Notes: a model not told the origin generated them from the sequence alone. Shown: positions 28,124 to 41,071, counted from the first letter of the stretch. The stretch: DNA of 64,000 nt from Gordius albopunctatus (GCA_964276515.1 OZ193909.1:1426001-1490000), one strand, 5' to 3'. Numbers and translations: made by a program.

Positions 28124-31100
28124 ATGAAATCGATTATATTGATTCCACTATTATCCATAATGATTATCTTACTTTTCGGATTATCTGGTAATATAAATTA
28201 TTTTTATATAATTATTTAATTTATATTTTACAAAATAAATATTAAGATAATTATAAATAATCACTTAAAATTTTGTGAAATTTTTTATGAAATACATAGC
28301 CGCAAAGTCAATTAGAAAAGTAAAAACGCATGGCGAGTTACTTGAAGAGGAACCGGTGGAAAACGTGTTTTATCCTGGAATAAAAAGAAGTGGACCGAGT
28401 ATGTGATTTTTGACAATTTTTTCACTCAGTTTATCTTTTTTTATGAATAAAATTTTGTTTATTCGATTTAAAAACATTACAAGGGCGAAGTATCAAAATG
28501 GGAAATATATAATAAAAATCTAGTGATGGGGAAATAGCGTTTTTAAGGAGCTAAAACTATAGCACATAGTCACTTTAAGTGCTATAAGCTATAGGAGATG
28601 GGAGGTTTGAGGTGCTATAAGCTATAGGAGATGGGAGGTTTGAGGTGCTATAAGCTATAGGAGATGGGAGTTTGAGGTGCTATGTGCTATAGGAGATGGG
28701 AGGTATGAGGTGCTATGTGCTATAGGAGATGGGAGTTTGAGGTGCTATGTGCTATAGGAGATGGGAGGTTTGAGGTGCTATGTGCTATAGGAGATGGGAG
28801 GTATGAGGTGCTATAGGAGATGGGAGTTTGAGGTGCTATAGGAGATGGGAGTTTGAGGTGCTATGTGCTATAGGAGATGGGAGGTTTGAGGTGCTATGTG
28901 CTATAGGAGATGGGAGTTTGAGGTGCTATGTGCTATAGCCGATTGCACTTAAATGCGCTACTCCTATAGCACCGGCGCTAACACTGGGAATAATTTTTTA
29001 AATTGTTTATTTTGATTTTATTAAATATTAAAATACATCTGAATATAATTTTTTGCCCTATCTTACCATCTAACTACGACTTATTTTAATATAAATTTAA
29101 TTAAATGTATGACTTTAATTTTATTTTGCATTGCTTCTACCCTCTGAATGACGGAAAAAAAATTTTTCCAATGTAAAAAAACCCTTACAAATTAATAATT
29201 TTTTTTATTTAGCCCCTCCCTAATTCAACTTTTATTTTAACCGTTTGCCCCCCCCCCTTAATTCAAAACCTAGTTATGCCCTACGCCCATGTTTTTGAGA
29301 ATAAAAAAATTAAACTCCCCCTTTCCTTAAGTTAATATGTTTCAATTAAAAGGAAAACAATACTATTGAGTGAACTTTTATGCGTTTGCGTACTCAGACA
29401 GTCTGTTTGTAATTATTTACTTAGCAGTTAAATAACACCCTTTTTTAATTTTGTTTTTTCGAACAATATATTTTTAATGGAAAATTGTTTATTAGATTAC
29501 ACACAAGTTATATTATACTCTATTGTTTTCATTGAAATTATTCCCAGTGTTAGCGCCGGTGCTATAGGAGTAGCGCATTTAAGTGCAATCGGCTATAGCA
29601 CATAGCACCTCAAACTCCCATCTCCTATAGCACATAGCACCTCAAACTCCCATCTCCTATAGCACATAGCACCTCAAACCTCCCATCTCCCATAGCTCAT
29701 AGCACCTCAAACCTCCCATCTCCCATAGCTCTAGCACCTCAAACCTCCCATCTCCTATAGCTTATAGCACTTAAAGTGACTATGTGCTAGTAGACATAGC
29801 GTATTTAATAGGCTATTCCCATCAGCGGGGAGGTGCTAAGCGCGCTAGTGCTAAGCGTTTTCCCACCACTATGTAACATCAACTTAAAAGCGGCCAGCTG
29901 TCAGCCAGGGATTTTAAAATTATACTTTGCGATTAAAATACATATGTTTTGTTTAGGGTAAAAGTTGGTGGAATATTTAGAGCAGGCTAATTTCTTACAA
30001 AAACTTTAATTGCTGCTGGTGCAAAAGTCCCTGAGCATGAGGCAATAAGAGGGGTAAAAATATTTGAAGGTAGGAGAGCCTGGTATTTGGCTGTTTTAAG
30101 GGCTCCGGCCAGGGTCAGAGCCATGGGCATCACCAGCATTGGAATTAGAGGGGGAAATCATGATTTAGGAAGGGGAAAAATAAACATTTTTTGAAATCTT
30201 AGCTAAAATTTTTTGATTTAGATGGGGGTAGTCGCCAGCGGGCCGGGCAACTGTCCTAAATTTTAGCTTTCGGGCGGGCACCATAACAAGATTCGGGCTC
30301 AATTTTGTTTTTAAAATAATGTATTATATTGTTTTTGTGTATATTTTGTCACTTTTTTAATTGATTTCATATTGTTGGTTAATCCTAGTTCTCATTTTAA
30401 AAAATATAACGATATTAGTGCTAAAAACACACCATTTGGGGCCGGGCCGGGTTCGGGAGAAAAATTCAAACAAATCTGATCTCTGGTAGTCGCTCTTCTC
30501 TGCCCCCTCCCCCTTGGTTACGCCTATGGGCAGTGCCTTGTAATTTTGAAATGTGTATACAAGTGAAATCCTATTTAAGGGTCCAATTTCGCCTGGTTAA
30601 TTTTCACTCTTTTAGCATTACTTTTTTTTCCTATAATTTTTTTATTTAGGAAAAATTCGTGCAATTTCTGTACCAGGTAACTATTTGTTTTAAACATATA
30701 TAAAAATGTAGAAGATAATAACAACCCCTTTCAGGAGTGCCCGCAATTAAATTAAAAGAATACTCTAATTAGCGCCATCTATAGAGGCTATTTTAAAGTC
30801 ACATACTAAAAAAGATAGGGATGATATACATAGTTCAAATTAGTCTCTAATTAAAATTTCCTATAGATGGCGCTAATTAGAGTATTCTTTTAATTTAATT
30901 GCGGGCACTCCTTAAAGGGGTTGTTATTATCTTCTAAATTATATCATTAACGTGCAATTTATTTACTAATTTCTAATATATAGATAAATGTATATATCCT
31001 TTTTTAAAATTATGATTTTTAATTTTGGTATACAAAAAATATAATTTAGATGATGGAAAACTAGCCGTCAAAAGTAATTTAATTTTATAAAAAATAATTT

Positions 31101-31217
31101 ATAGGGATAGGGAAGAAAATTATTAAAAGAGTTAGAAATGTTGCAGAAACTAGCGATTCCGATAGTCCTACCTCTAATTCAGATACGGATTCAGATACAA
31201 ACACACCAGCTCCATAA
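28124..31217 (+). CDS. Orphan small secreted protein, 108 aa, 5 exons (28124-28187, 28300-28398, 30650-30676, 31050-31073, 31105-31217)
   Basis: TATA-like TATATAAA near 28059. All four GT-AG introns are phase 1 and join in frame to MKSIILIPLLSIMIILLFGLSAAKSIRKVKTHGELLEEEPVENVFYPGIKRSGPRKIRAISVPDDGKLAVKRIGKKIIKRVRNVAETSDSDSPTSNSDTDSDTNTPAP*. AATAAA downstream. Confidence 0.65.
28521..29871. mobile_element. Foldback-type DNA element with long inverted arms made of a ~33-bp minisatellite
   Basis: Termini TAGTGATGGG / CCCACCACTA. Arms ~28557-28996 and ~29535-29788 are reverse complements, with 11 versus 5 copies of GCTATAGGAGATGGGAGGTTTGAGGTGCTATGT. No clear TSD. Confidence 0.8.
30122..30528. 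mobile_element. CATGGGC-family MITE interrupted by a nested hAT-like MITE (30236-30485)
   Basis: The nested element CAG...CTG is flanked by a perfect 8-bp TSD GTAGTCGC. The outer element is flanked by GTCAGAGC / GGCAGTGC. Confidence 0.75.
30709..30936. mobile_element. Palindromic MITE with ~75-bp near-perfect TIRs
   Basis: TAGAAGATAATAACAACCCCTT...GCGCCATCTATAG is mirrored at the right end. Superfamily uncertain. Confidence 0.85.
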
Positions 31218-31708
31218 TATTCTATCAATTTTATTTTTGTCATTTAACTAAGACCTGTTTTTTAATTTTATTATTAGATACTTTTAATTAAATTTAAATA
31301 GTTATTAATAAATAAATTAAATTATAAAGGAAAATGAAATTTAATAAAAATAACTTGAATTAGTTATTTTTTAGCCAATGTGTGAGATGTATTATTTGTA
31401 AACTTATTTCAATTCTAAAATTCTGAATTATATATTGCTTATAATATATTGTCAATCTAAATTATAGGATTGAAAAAATTTTATTAAAAATTTCTAATGG
31501 TTCCTAACTTGTAATACCTTTAATTTTAGATCTCTATTCCTTAAAGCCAATAATTTTAGAAATTAAAAGAAGCTTTTAAAATTTATATGGATAAATAAAG
31601 TAATAATCAATAGAATAAAAAAGGCAAATCAACCCTTTTTACAATGATACTAAAGAGTAAAACAAATTTATTTCACAATAAAAATCAACTTTAAATATTT
31701 ATTCTTTC

Positions 31709-34700
31709 TCATTTTTCTTGTTCTGGAGGCGAGAAAAATCCCAAGAATTTTACAGCATACGCCAATAGCATAAATATCATTGGTATGGCGAAGGTGAGAA
31801 CTAAAAAAACAGCAAAAATAAAAATATAAAATAAATTTAAAAATAAATTAATGTAATTTAAAATATATTTCTACATATATTACTTTTAGAAAAGGTAATT
31901 CTGGACGGAAGGATGCAATTTGGAAGAACTCCTTTATTAGCTAATAGCGTAGTTGTAGAGGCTAAAGGAGTTACGCTAATTTCAGATGGATCTTTAAAAA
32001 CATAAAAAAACTAAATTGAAATTTAATCATCAATTTTTTCTTAAAAATTAAAAAAAATCTAATTAGATCGCAAAAAAGTAATTTTAAGCAAATTACTCAT
32101 TTAAAAGTTCAAAAATCATCTCAAAAACATTTATCTCATATAAAAATCAAGGAATAACTTATTAGTTTAATTTCTAAAAAAGCAATGGTGGGGGAAATTA
32201 AATTTAATTTCCAAAAATTACCGGAAAATTTTTCGACATCCGATTCAATTTGTCCAGGATCCACATGCAAATCCAATAATTCCTTCAACGGTTCTAAGCA
32301 TTCACTAGATTCTTCCCCGCGGAAAATATAATCGCAAATCGTTAATTGAGTCCCTGCCAGGGGTACAAAGACCCTAGACGGGGTTTCGAATAACGTAGCA
32401 GACTCTAAAAGCAAAAAATGATATTACTTTTAATTTTGAAAAATAATCTAGAATTTTCATCTCACATTGGCTTATACATAACAAAAATTGATATTTCAAA
32501 TTGTAGTCATAATCTTCTCTCTAATGGAACTCTCAACTTTTTATGGATTAATAATGAGATAAAAATATAGAAATTTATATAAAACAATTAGGACAGGAGG
32601 GACGGATAACCAAAACCGATCCCATAATTGTGCATAGCAACAAAATAATAAATATTATCAAGTACTCTACCTCTCTCATGTTCGTACGTATCTTCCTCGT
32701 CAACTATAATTTCACAACGGGCCGATAGACTTCGCCTGATATCTTTCACCAAAGCCTGTGCTCAATAAATTACAAATATATATACATTTACAGCTATTGC
32801 AGGAAACATGTCTGTCCATTACAAGGAATTTCAAGTATAGTTCCGAAATTAGAGAGAACACAGACTCCTCATGTCATATGTTTCATATGCTAAAATGTGG
32901 ACCATTTGATCAGCCACCATTTTGAATTTGACAAACTCTCCCATGTCTTCTTTCTGCGGTGTTGTACCGCGTTGTTAAGACAGAAAAAATGGGTTTACCT
33001 TCCTCACTCTTTAATAAAAAACACGATAGCACTGAATTGCTTGGATACCACATGCTCACACTAATTTTTATTTTTTTTATTTTATTAATTGTGCAAATGA
33101 TACATATTTGAAAATGCTATTTATAAGGGCTTGTCTTAATATCAGATTTTAACGCGCAGCAAAAATCGTCATACGTGTTTCAACATAGCCCTGTCTAAAT
33201 ATCCGCTTTACATGAGATTTCGTTTTTAGACGCATCATAACATAACAGCGATTTTGTAGGATGCAAAACTTTTCCTATGCTTAAATCTTGTATGTTTTTA
33301 AATTTTAAGGTATCAGTAAAGTTTAGATTTAATTTCAAGAGTTGAAATAAACAAAGAAAACGTTTTTAACTATCAAAAAACAAAATATTTATAATTAAAA
33401 CCGAGTTTGACGGATAAAATTGAATCGGATATTTAGACAAAGTTAGATTCGCGCGATATGAATCTGAATCCGATATTAAGACAAGCCCTAACGCTCAACT
33501 AATTCACTACCTTTCTCACTACGTTTTAAAAACGCTTTAACTAACTTAAATCACACTATAAACTATCTAACCAATTTCCTTATACGTGCACATTTCAAAA
33601 TGGCATATACTTCTAGGGCCTGCTTTATAGTGAACGTGGGTGGAACATATGCTCGAGCTGCTAGCGATCCGTTCATCGTAAATATATGAGAACCGTATTC
33701 ATTTGGAGATTGTTCTTCAGTGACAGGCTTAATAGAAATTTAAACAAAAAGAATTAAGGTATTAACTCTATTAGCTCTTCTGAGCAACTATATTGATTTG
33801 AAACAAAAAACAGCAGTATAAACCATTTCTAACCTCTTTTAAAAAATAAAATTAGCTAAAAAAATGGCTGCTCTATATATATTGAAGCATATTTCAATTA
33901 TGTAATATCTATATAAATATTTAGTTTTATATATATAGTGTTTATATGTATCATTCATTATCATCATATGTCATTTAAATAAAGCATGGTTATATTTAGC
34001 AGATATTATTAGAGTCCACATATTACCATTTTTTTCCTATAGCTGCTCGTCCCACTTAGTGGTCAGCTCCTTCAAGTAGGTTCTCCACGTATTCCTGCAC
34101 TTACATCAGCTTCGCATTAGCTCGTACCTTCTCAAGTCCATATTTCCATGTCAGTTTAGGCCTCCCTCTCTTTCGCCTACCTTCGACTTTCACTTTCTTG
34201 ATACGATTTGCCAAGTGACTTTCCTCCCGTCTCTCCAAATGGCCATACCATCTCAATCTTCTTACCACCAACTTTCTCTGAATCGGAACAACATTTAGTT
34301 TCCCTTATGTCTTGATTCCTTATATGGTCCTTTTGCCTATTCCCAAGATCCATCTCAACATTCGCATCTGCATTGTAGCCAAGCTTTGCTCCTCTTTTGC
34401 CCCCATACAATACCGTGCCTACAATAACGGTGTTATATAACCGTCCTTCTTTCAATTTGAGTGGCATGTGCTTGTCACATAGGACAGACTGAATTTTAGC
34501 CAGCCTGCCTTTATTCCTGCCTTAATTTCGTTTTCCACACCTCCACCACATTGTACCCTAGAACCAAGATATCTGAATTCTTTCCTGCTGCTTAAACACC
34601 AGTCATCGATTTGCAGGTTTGTTTCTTTGTATTCATTCCCCGACTCCAAGCTACATATTCCGTTTTATCTCGGCTGATTCTAAGGCCTTTGCTTTCAATT

Positions 34701-37700
34701 CGTTCCATCCACACTTTTACCTGCCTGCGCACAGGACGATATCATCCGCAAAGAGCATTGCCCAAGGTGATTCGCGTTTCAGGTCCTTCGTTATCGAATC
34801 CATTATTGTTATGAAGAGCCAGAGTTAGAGTGATGCTTTCCTTGCTCTTTATAAATTTCACGTTTATCACATCCTTTGAGTTCCTTGCTCTGGTCTTTGC
34901 GATTTTGTAGATCATTCTTTCCCCTTCTTTACTGGTTAACTTGGCATTCAAAATTTCGTAGAGCTCTGTTTTAGCCTTGGCTACACAACGTTTTGCCTCG
35001 TTTTTAGCTTTCACATATGCCAATCGTGTTTCTTCATTTCTGTTGCCTGACCATAATTTGTAAAGCTTTCTTTTCAACTTGACCAGGCGTTGCACGTCTT
35101 CTTTCCACCATGTCTCCTAGAACACACCTCGCTACTGATCGTACCGTGTTAGCTATGTTATTCCACATATCGTTAGCATTCTGCTGATCATCTATTTGCA
35201 GCCGTTCAACTATTTGATCATTGTAAATGTCTTTCAATCTTTATAGCCGGAACCATTTGATTTTCCCATTTAATCGCTTCGGCTTTTGTGTTTTAGCATT
35301 GGAGATGGTATAGTCCATCACAACAAGCCTATACTGGGCTGCAATAGCCTCACCTGGTATCACCTTACAATCTCGTACATTCTTTAATTCCTTTCTTGAT
35401 ATTAGGAGGAAGTCAATCTGTGAAGATCAATTTCTACTTTTGTACGTTATTAGGTGACTTACATTCTTTTTGAAGAAGGTATTTGTGATGATCAAATCAA
35501 ATCCTACGGCTATTTTCAATATTTCGTCGCCTTCATCGTTTCTCGCTCCGTGTCCGTTTCCACCATGGTACCGTTCAAATCCTTCTCTTGTTTTGCCTAC
35601 GTGACCATTCATGTCCGCTCCAATTATAACTATCTCAGCCCTGGGTATCATTCCCAGCGTTTCGTCTGATTCTTCCCGAAAGTCCTCCTTTTCTTCATCT
35701 GTGCATCCTGTTTGCGGAGCATATCCGGAAACTACATTAATCATTTGACCTTCTATGCATAGTTTCAACATCATGAGTTGCCCACTTTTTCTTTGTACCT
35801 CAATGACTTTATCTTGCAGATGGGAAGCTAATATGATTGCCACGTCATTTTTATTGGTTTCTAGGCCATTGAAGTAAAGTTTATAGTCTTCACCTATCAT
35901 CCTTGCTTTTGCGCCTTTCCATCTTGTTTCCTGTATACACGCTATATCGACCCGTCGCTTGCTGAGGGTGTCAGAAACTTCTCGGCATTTTGCAGTCATC
36001 GTTCTAACATTTAGCGAGCCCACTCTCAAACTCGTCCTTAGCAAACTAGTTTCTTTAGCTATATCCGTTTCGGAAGATGTAGTGACCCTCGTTGACTTTT
36101 CACATGATACGGGCGCCTACCATGCGCGTCGTTTACGGAGGACGCCCTAGCGCTTTCATTACTTTCATTATTACGAACTTTCATAGTATACATTTTGGTT
36201 ATGGAATGAGGGAGTATTGATATCCCGGCCGTTCAAGCCTGACGGAACTATGTTAGACTTTGCCGCCTGACTACCTACTATTCTTTATGATGCTGTCATT
36301 TTGGTGAATTAAACTTTTCTTTTGACCACTCGTATTGATAGGCTTAATCTAGCACTTCCATTTCACTAGTACTCCCTCAAAAAGCCCAGAAATTTAGTGT
36401 GACCCTTCACCAAGAACCTTGCCAATAGGGTGATCCCACCAGTAACAAACACAAAAATTGTGTTTGGCTACCAAAGGTATGGCTCAACCACCACTTTATG
36501 CTTAATTTTTTAAAACTATAAATAAATTCAATGATAACAAGCAAACAAAATTGATTTTTTTATAAAAATAATTACCAAAATTTTCATAATGTCAACCAAT
36601 AACCTTGTTTGATTGTTGGCTGGTCCCAAAGCTTGTGGTGGATTGAAATTATTTTTTTGTTTCTTGTTTGAATTCTTTTTACTACTTCCTTGTTGCACAG
36701 AGCAATTTTGCTCGTCTCTTTTAATAAAATTAGATAAAATTAAGGGAATTAATAAATGAATATTTCTACAATTTTAGAGTGAAGTAATTAAACAAATTAG
36801 TTTTCTATTAAACAAATATTATATAAGTGTGATTAAATTAAGTATATTTTACATCTTTTCATTTAGAACAGAATTATTTGGTGATAAACTTGCTATAAGC
36901 TTGCTTAAATCTGCTTCGTCATTGTACAACTTTCCATTGATTAAGTAACAGGTGTTTGAATTTGACACATCTGGTCTCAAACTCTTTAAATAAGGCATTA
37001 AACCTTGCTAATAAAAATACTTTAATTTACCCAGACGTAAAAGTAAAATATATTTAAATATGAAAATAAAAGGATGAATTGCAAAATGAGTTTTTAACAA
37101 AACTCACATTTAACTGATTTCTGAGGGCAATATTGCTACTTAAATATCCTCTAAAAGGTGAGCTGACAAAAGAAGACTTTTGAATGATATAAAACCAATC
37201 AAACACCACCTTACTATCAAGCCTAATCCAATCGTTGGTAAAATTTTCATACTGAAATTTAACTGACTCTGCAACTAAAGTCATCTATAATATGCATATT
37301 ATAAAACATATAATTCATCCAAACTATTGAAATAAATAACAATTGATAAGTTTCAGATAGCTGACCTGATTTGGTTCGGATATTTTATAAGCATTGATAG
37401 AAGGTTTCAAATCTTTGTGTATAGTTATTAAGCAATAAATATTTGACTGGGCTTTTTGTGGTATAATTTCGAAATTCCTTATGTTTTTTTCCAACCCTTG
37501 TAAAGTCTAGTATATTATAATAGGTATATTAAAAGTAAGGCTACTTGTTGTGGATTAAGCGGGGCATTTGCATTGTTAGTTGGATTAAGTGTGTAAAGGC
37601 CAATAATTTCAAGACCCCCTGGAAGCATATTATTTGCCTATCAAGTATGTGATTGATGCTAATTAAAAAAAACCTGTTTGGCATGCTGCCACACCCATGA

Positions 37701-38007
37701 GTTGTCTGCAATAAAATTACCAGGATCTGTTGCATTTAATGCTTGAGATTGTCCTAAATCCTGTAACATTGTTAATTTTATCATGCATACTTTTGTTTGA
37801 CAATTTTTTCGAAATATCATTACTTTCAATATTTTCTGGAGTTTTTGCTAAATATGTAATGTATATATTTTCATCTATAATCTTTTTTCAATCGACACAA
37901 TTGCAAGGTTAAATTACCTGCCCAATGACAATGCCAATTTGTGGCTTAATATTCTCTGTCTGAGCAGTTATATACTTTTCAACTGACGTCTCAACCAACA
38001 CCTTCAT
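31709..38007 (-). CDS. odr-4: ODR-4 homolog (tail-anchored ER factor for GPCR maturation), multi-exon
   Basis: MKVLVETSVEKY..IGIVIGQ; LAKTP; WVWQHAKQANNMLPGGLEIIGLY; MNGSLAARAYV..QALE; ALVKDIRRSLSARCEII; PSRVFVPLAGTQLTICDY; C-terminal TM FAIPMIFMLLAYAV. The junction across 33730-36600 is not fully resolved. Confidence 0.87.
33127..33488. mobile_element. PIF/Harbinger (Tourist-like) MITE in an odr-4 intron
   Basis: TIR GGGCTTGTCTTAATATC with a 3-bp TAA TSD on both sides. Confidence 0.88.
34030..36480 (-). mobile_element. RTE LINE with 5' UTR, APE endonuclease and internally deleted RT, inside an odr-4 intron
   Basis: ORF 35427-36044 (SLNVRTM, CIQETRW, GYAPQ, GADMNGHVG), then fragments FADD, FRYLGS, LRWYG. 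Most of the RT N-terminal half is missing at ~34825. Confidence 0.92.
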
Positions 38008-38149
38008 CAATATTTTTGCCCCGAAGACGCCCAAGAGCTTAGTAAATGCAATCTAAGATTGAGCCCCTTCTCACGCCAAATGGCGCATAAGGCCATGGTA
38101 TTTGTAACGTGTGATTTTATTCCTGTAACAAATGTATGTATTATGCAGT

Positions 38150-39487
38150 GTAATATGAATGATAATAAGTTAATGTACCTTAGGTTTGGGTTATGGTTAA
38201 TAATTAAGGAGGCGAGAAATATGGGTTTCCGAGAAGTTTTTCCATGATTTTCTATCATGCATAATAGCTTGTAACGAGGTCCAATCTTTACCGAGGCTTT
38301 GCATGTCGCGGAATACTTTGTACAGCCAACTATTATTGCACGTGCGATCCCTTAATAGAGGGGGATTCCAGAACAGATAAGGTAAACAATAATTAGTTCC
38401 TTTTCGTCTTGCCTGATGGGCTAAGAAGCCCCATTTTCTGGTTGAAATTATATTCTTTATAGGAGGAATTTTGCACCGAACCCACAAGTTTTCGTTTGAT
38501 ATTATGTTAGGGTAGAAAATTCTACAGATTATCCGCAGCATTTTATCCACGCTGACTTGAAGCTTTCTTAGGGTAGGTGCTTTTAAAGACCAGGATTCAC
38601 AACCGTATAACAGAACTGGAAGGATCATTACTTTGAAAATCCTGAGTCGTATAGGGAGCGTCAAGTGGCGGGACCTCCATTTGGCGGTACAAGAGTGAAA
38701 TTTAACAAGAGTGCGTTGTAAATTTGACTCCACATCTACTCCGGCATAGATGTCTGTTGTGAGGTCTACTCCTAGGTATCGAACTTTGTGGGACACATTA
38801 ATAGGGTTGTTGTTGATCAGTATCTTGTCGTCTGAGGAAACGTTTAGTGTTATCATTGCACATTTGTCGACATTTATATATAGTCCAGCTTGTTTTGCCT
38901 GATCGGAGAATCTGTCCACCATAGATTGAGCCTTCTTTGTAGAGGTTACCACCAGACATAAGTCGTCGGCAAGGATGAGTGAGAATAGCATAGTTTCGTT
39001 TAACGTTATGTCATCGGAGGAAAATATTGATGTTTTCATTTTCAGATCCATCACTATAATAAAAAGAAGGGGAGACAATGGGCAGCCTTGTCTGACTCCC
39101 GTCATCACAAGAATTGGGTCTGATAAATGATGAAGGTGAGAGACAATTACCTTCATGTCTGCGTATATAAGAAAAATGATTCTGATTATCTTCTTTGGTA
39201 TTGCCAATAGACATAAGGACTCCCATATATATAGGTGCTGAACAGAGTCGAAAGCTTTGGTTAAATCTAAGAATTCAAGGACAAGGGGGTTTTGGTAGTG
39301 CTGGAAATATCGATTATATTTCTTAGTGTGATAACATGTTCCGTGGTTGTGCGGCACCTCCTGAACCCCGCTTGGTTGTGTCTAAGGATATCATCTATCT
39401 GATTGTAAAGCCTATTGTAAATACTTTGATAAAGAGCTTTGATTCAAGGTTTATAATTGTCACTCCCCGATAGTTGTTTGGATCAGA
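38150..39487 (-). mobile_element. Second LINE family, 5'-truncated RT
   Basis: DPNNYRGVT, FLDLTKAFDSV, GVRQGCPLSPLLF, LADD, RYLG, PVLLYGCESW. Clearly divergent from the RTE at 1-1447. Confidence 0.9.
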
Positions 39488-39761
39488 AGACAAAGCTCCT
39501 AACAAATAGACTAAGATGGTATGACCATGTCGAAAGAAGGGACGATAGCTGCGTAGGAAAGAAAATCGAGATGATAAATTTTGCAAGTAAACGAAGGAGA
39601 GGAAGACCCAAGCTTACCTGGATTCATAAAATACGGCATGATATGAAAGTCCACAAGATAAAGAAAGATCTATGTAAAGTAAACATAGAAACAAATGGAA
39701 ACGAATGCTGAAAGAACTGACCACCAGCCTAGGTGACAAGCAGTCGTAGAAAGAAGAAGAT
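39488..39761 (+). mobile_element. 3' terminal fragment of the RTE family at 1-1447
   Basis: Near-identical to 1184-1447, including CCTAGGTGACAAGCAGTC and the GAAGAAGAT tail. Confidence 0.93.
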
Positions 39762-41071
39762 TTAAAATTTTTGTAATTATTTATTTTGAATAATGTATAA
39801 TAATTATTATTATCTTTGCGAATAGCTATTATTTCGTATTAACTTACAAATATTCCTTCAATAGCTTTATATAATCGTTAACTTTTTACCAATGTAGGAC
39901 TTATATTAGTCTAGAAATATATATATATATATATATATATATAGATTATGAATAAAGATATGAGTTTGTTTTGTACTAACGTAGGTTTCGCTACCAGTTG
40001 AATTAGACTTAACCAGCCTTGAGGATCGTTAATTTTAAAAGGGCCTAGGCTATGTATTCTCGATTCAAAGTGATAAATAACAAATCGTAAAAACGCATTT
40101 CTTAAACGTTCCATTCCATTCCCGAGGTAATTAACGCGTTCGTTAATTTGTATGTTACTGTTTACAAATAACACGCCTTGCCCTTCATTTTTTAAATCTG
40201 CCATTTTCAAATTTTTACAATCCACATAATATCAAATATTATTTTTGAGTCATGGTTAAAGCAATGCTCAGCTCAAAGAAATGTATGTGGGATTTATGTT
40301 TCATTTAAGATAACATTAAAGAATAGTTCTCATTCACTTGTTCTATACAAGTTTGATGTAGGCTAAATTTTATCAACAATCAAGTTGAATTTCACAATAG
40401 AATTTTCAAAACTATAATCAAAAAGTATTCATCATTGAATGAATTTTTTCTCAATTATATTTGTATAAATTTATTGGACATCGAGAGAGATCCCTAAATA
40501 GTGATGGAAGTAAACTCTAAGGCCACATAAGTGTTTTTATCTGAGAGGGCAAAATCTTGCTTTTGTGATTCATTCACTAATTACTCCTTCAACCTTGTGC
40601 TGGAGCAAATCAAATGAGATTAATTCTATAACAAAATTTTCAGAAGATCACGATTTAGTGGGGGGCAGCCGCCCCTCCCTTCCCCCCTTGGCTGCGCCCA
40701 TGCCAGGGGCAATACTTTTTGCTTGAGAGGGCCCATGGGGCCCGGTTTTTGCTCTTGGGGTGCCCGGGCCCCTTCGGACCCTACCTAGCTACGCCACTGG
40801 ATATTTTATTTTTATTTTTTTAGCTATTGTTCAGTGGCTAGCAGACGACCAAATAGCCTATACTTATATTATAGAAAAAAAATTAATTTACACTTTGGCC
40901 AGTGGCCATTTTTTAAAATTGGCAGCAGATGGCCTATTAGCTAGCCTTATATTATAATCTAGAAAAAAATTACACTTTGACCAGTGGTCATTTTTTATTA
41001 GTCAGTATCCACCAGACGGCCAAATTTATTACAAGCATAGAGGACTTAGGAGAATTTATAACAAAAAAAAC

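Noticed and set aside
27949..28158. 69-aa minus-strand ORF
   Set aside because: It overlaps the promoter and first exon of the better-supported plus-strand secreted gene and has no recognisable motif.
28588..28936. CRISPR-like array of ~33-bp repeats
   Set aside because: The units are head-to-tail with no unique spacers, there are no cas genes, and the context is eukaryotic. It is a minisatellite within a transposon arm.
29957..29990. Alternative terminal exon VKVGGIFRAG* (amidated-peptide-like) for the orphan gene
   Set aside because: With the strong phase-1 donor it gives an immediate stop. It needs a weak alternative donor, whereas the downstream exon chain is phase-consistent.
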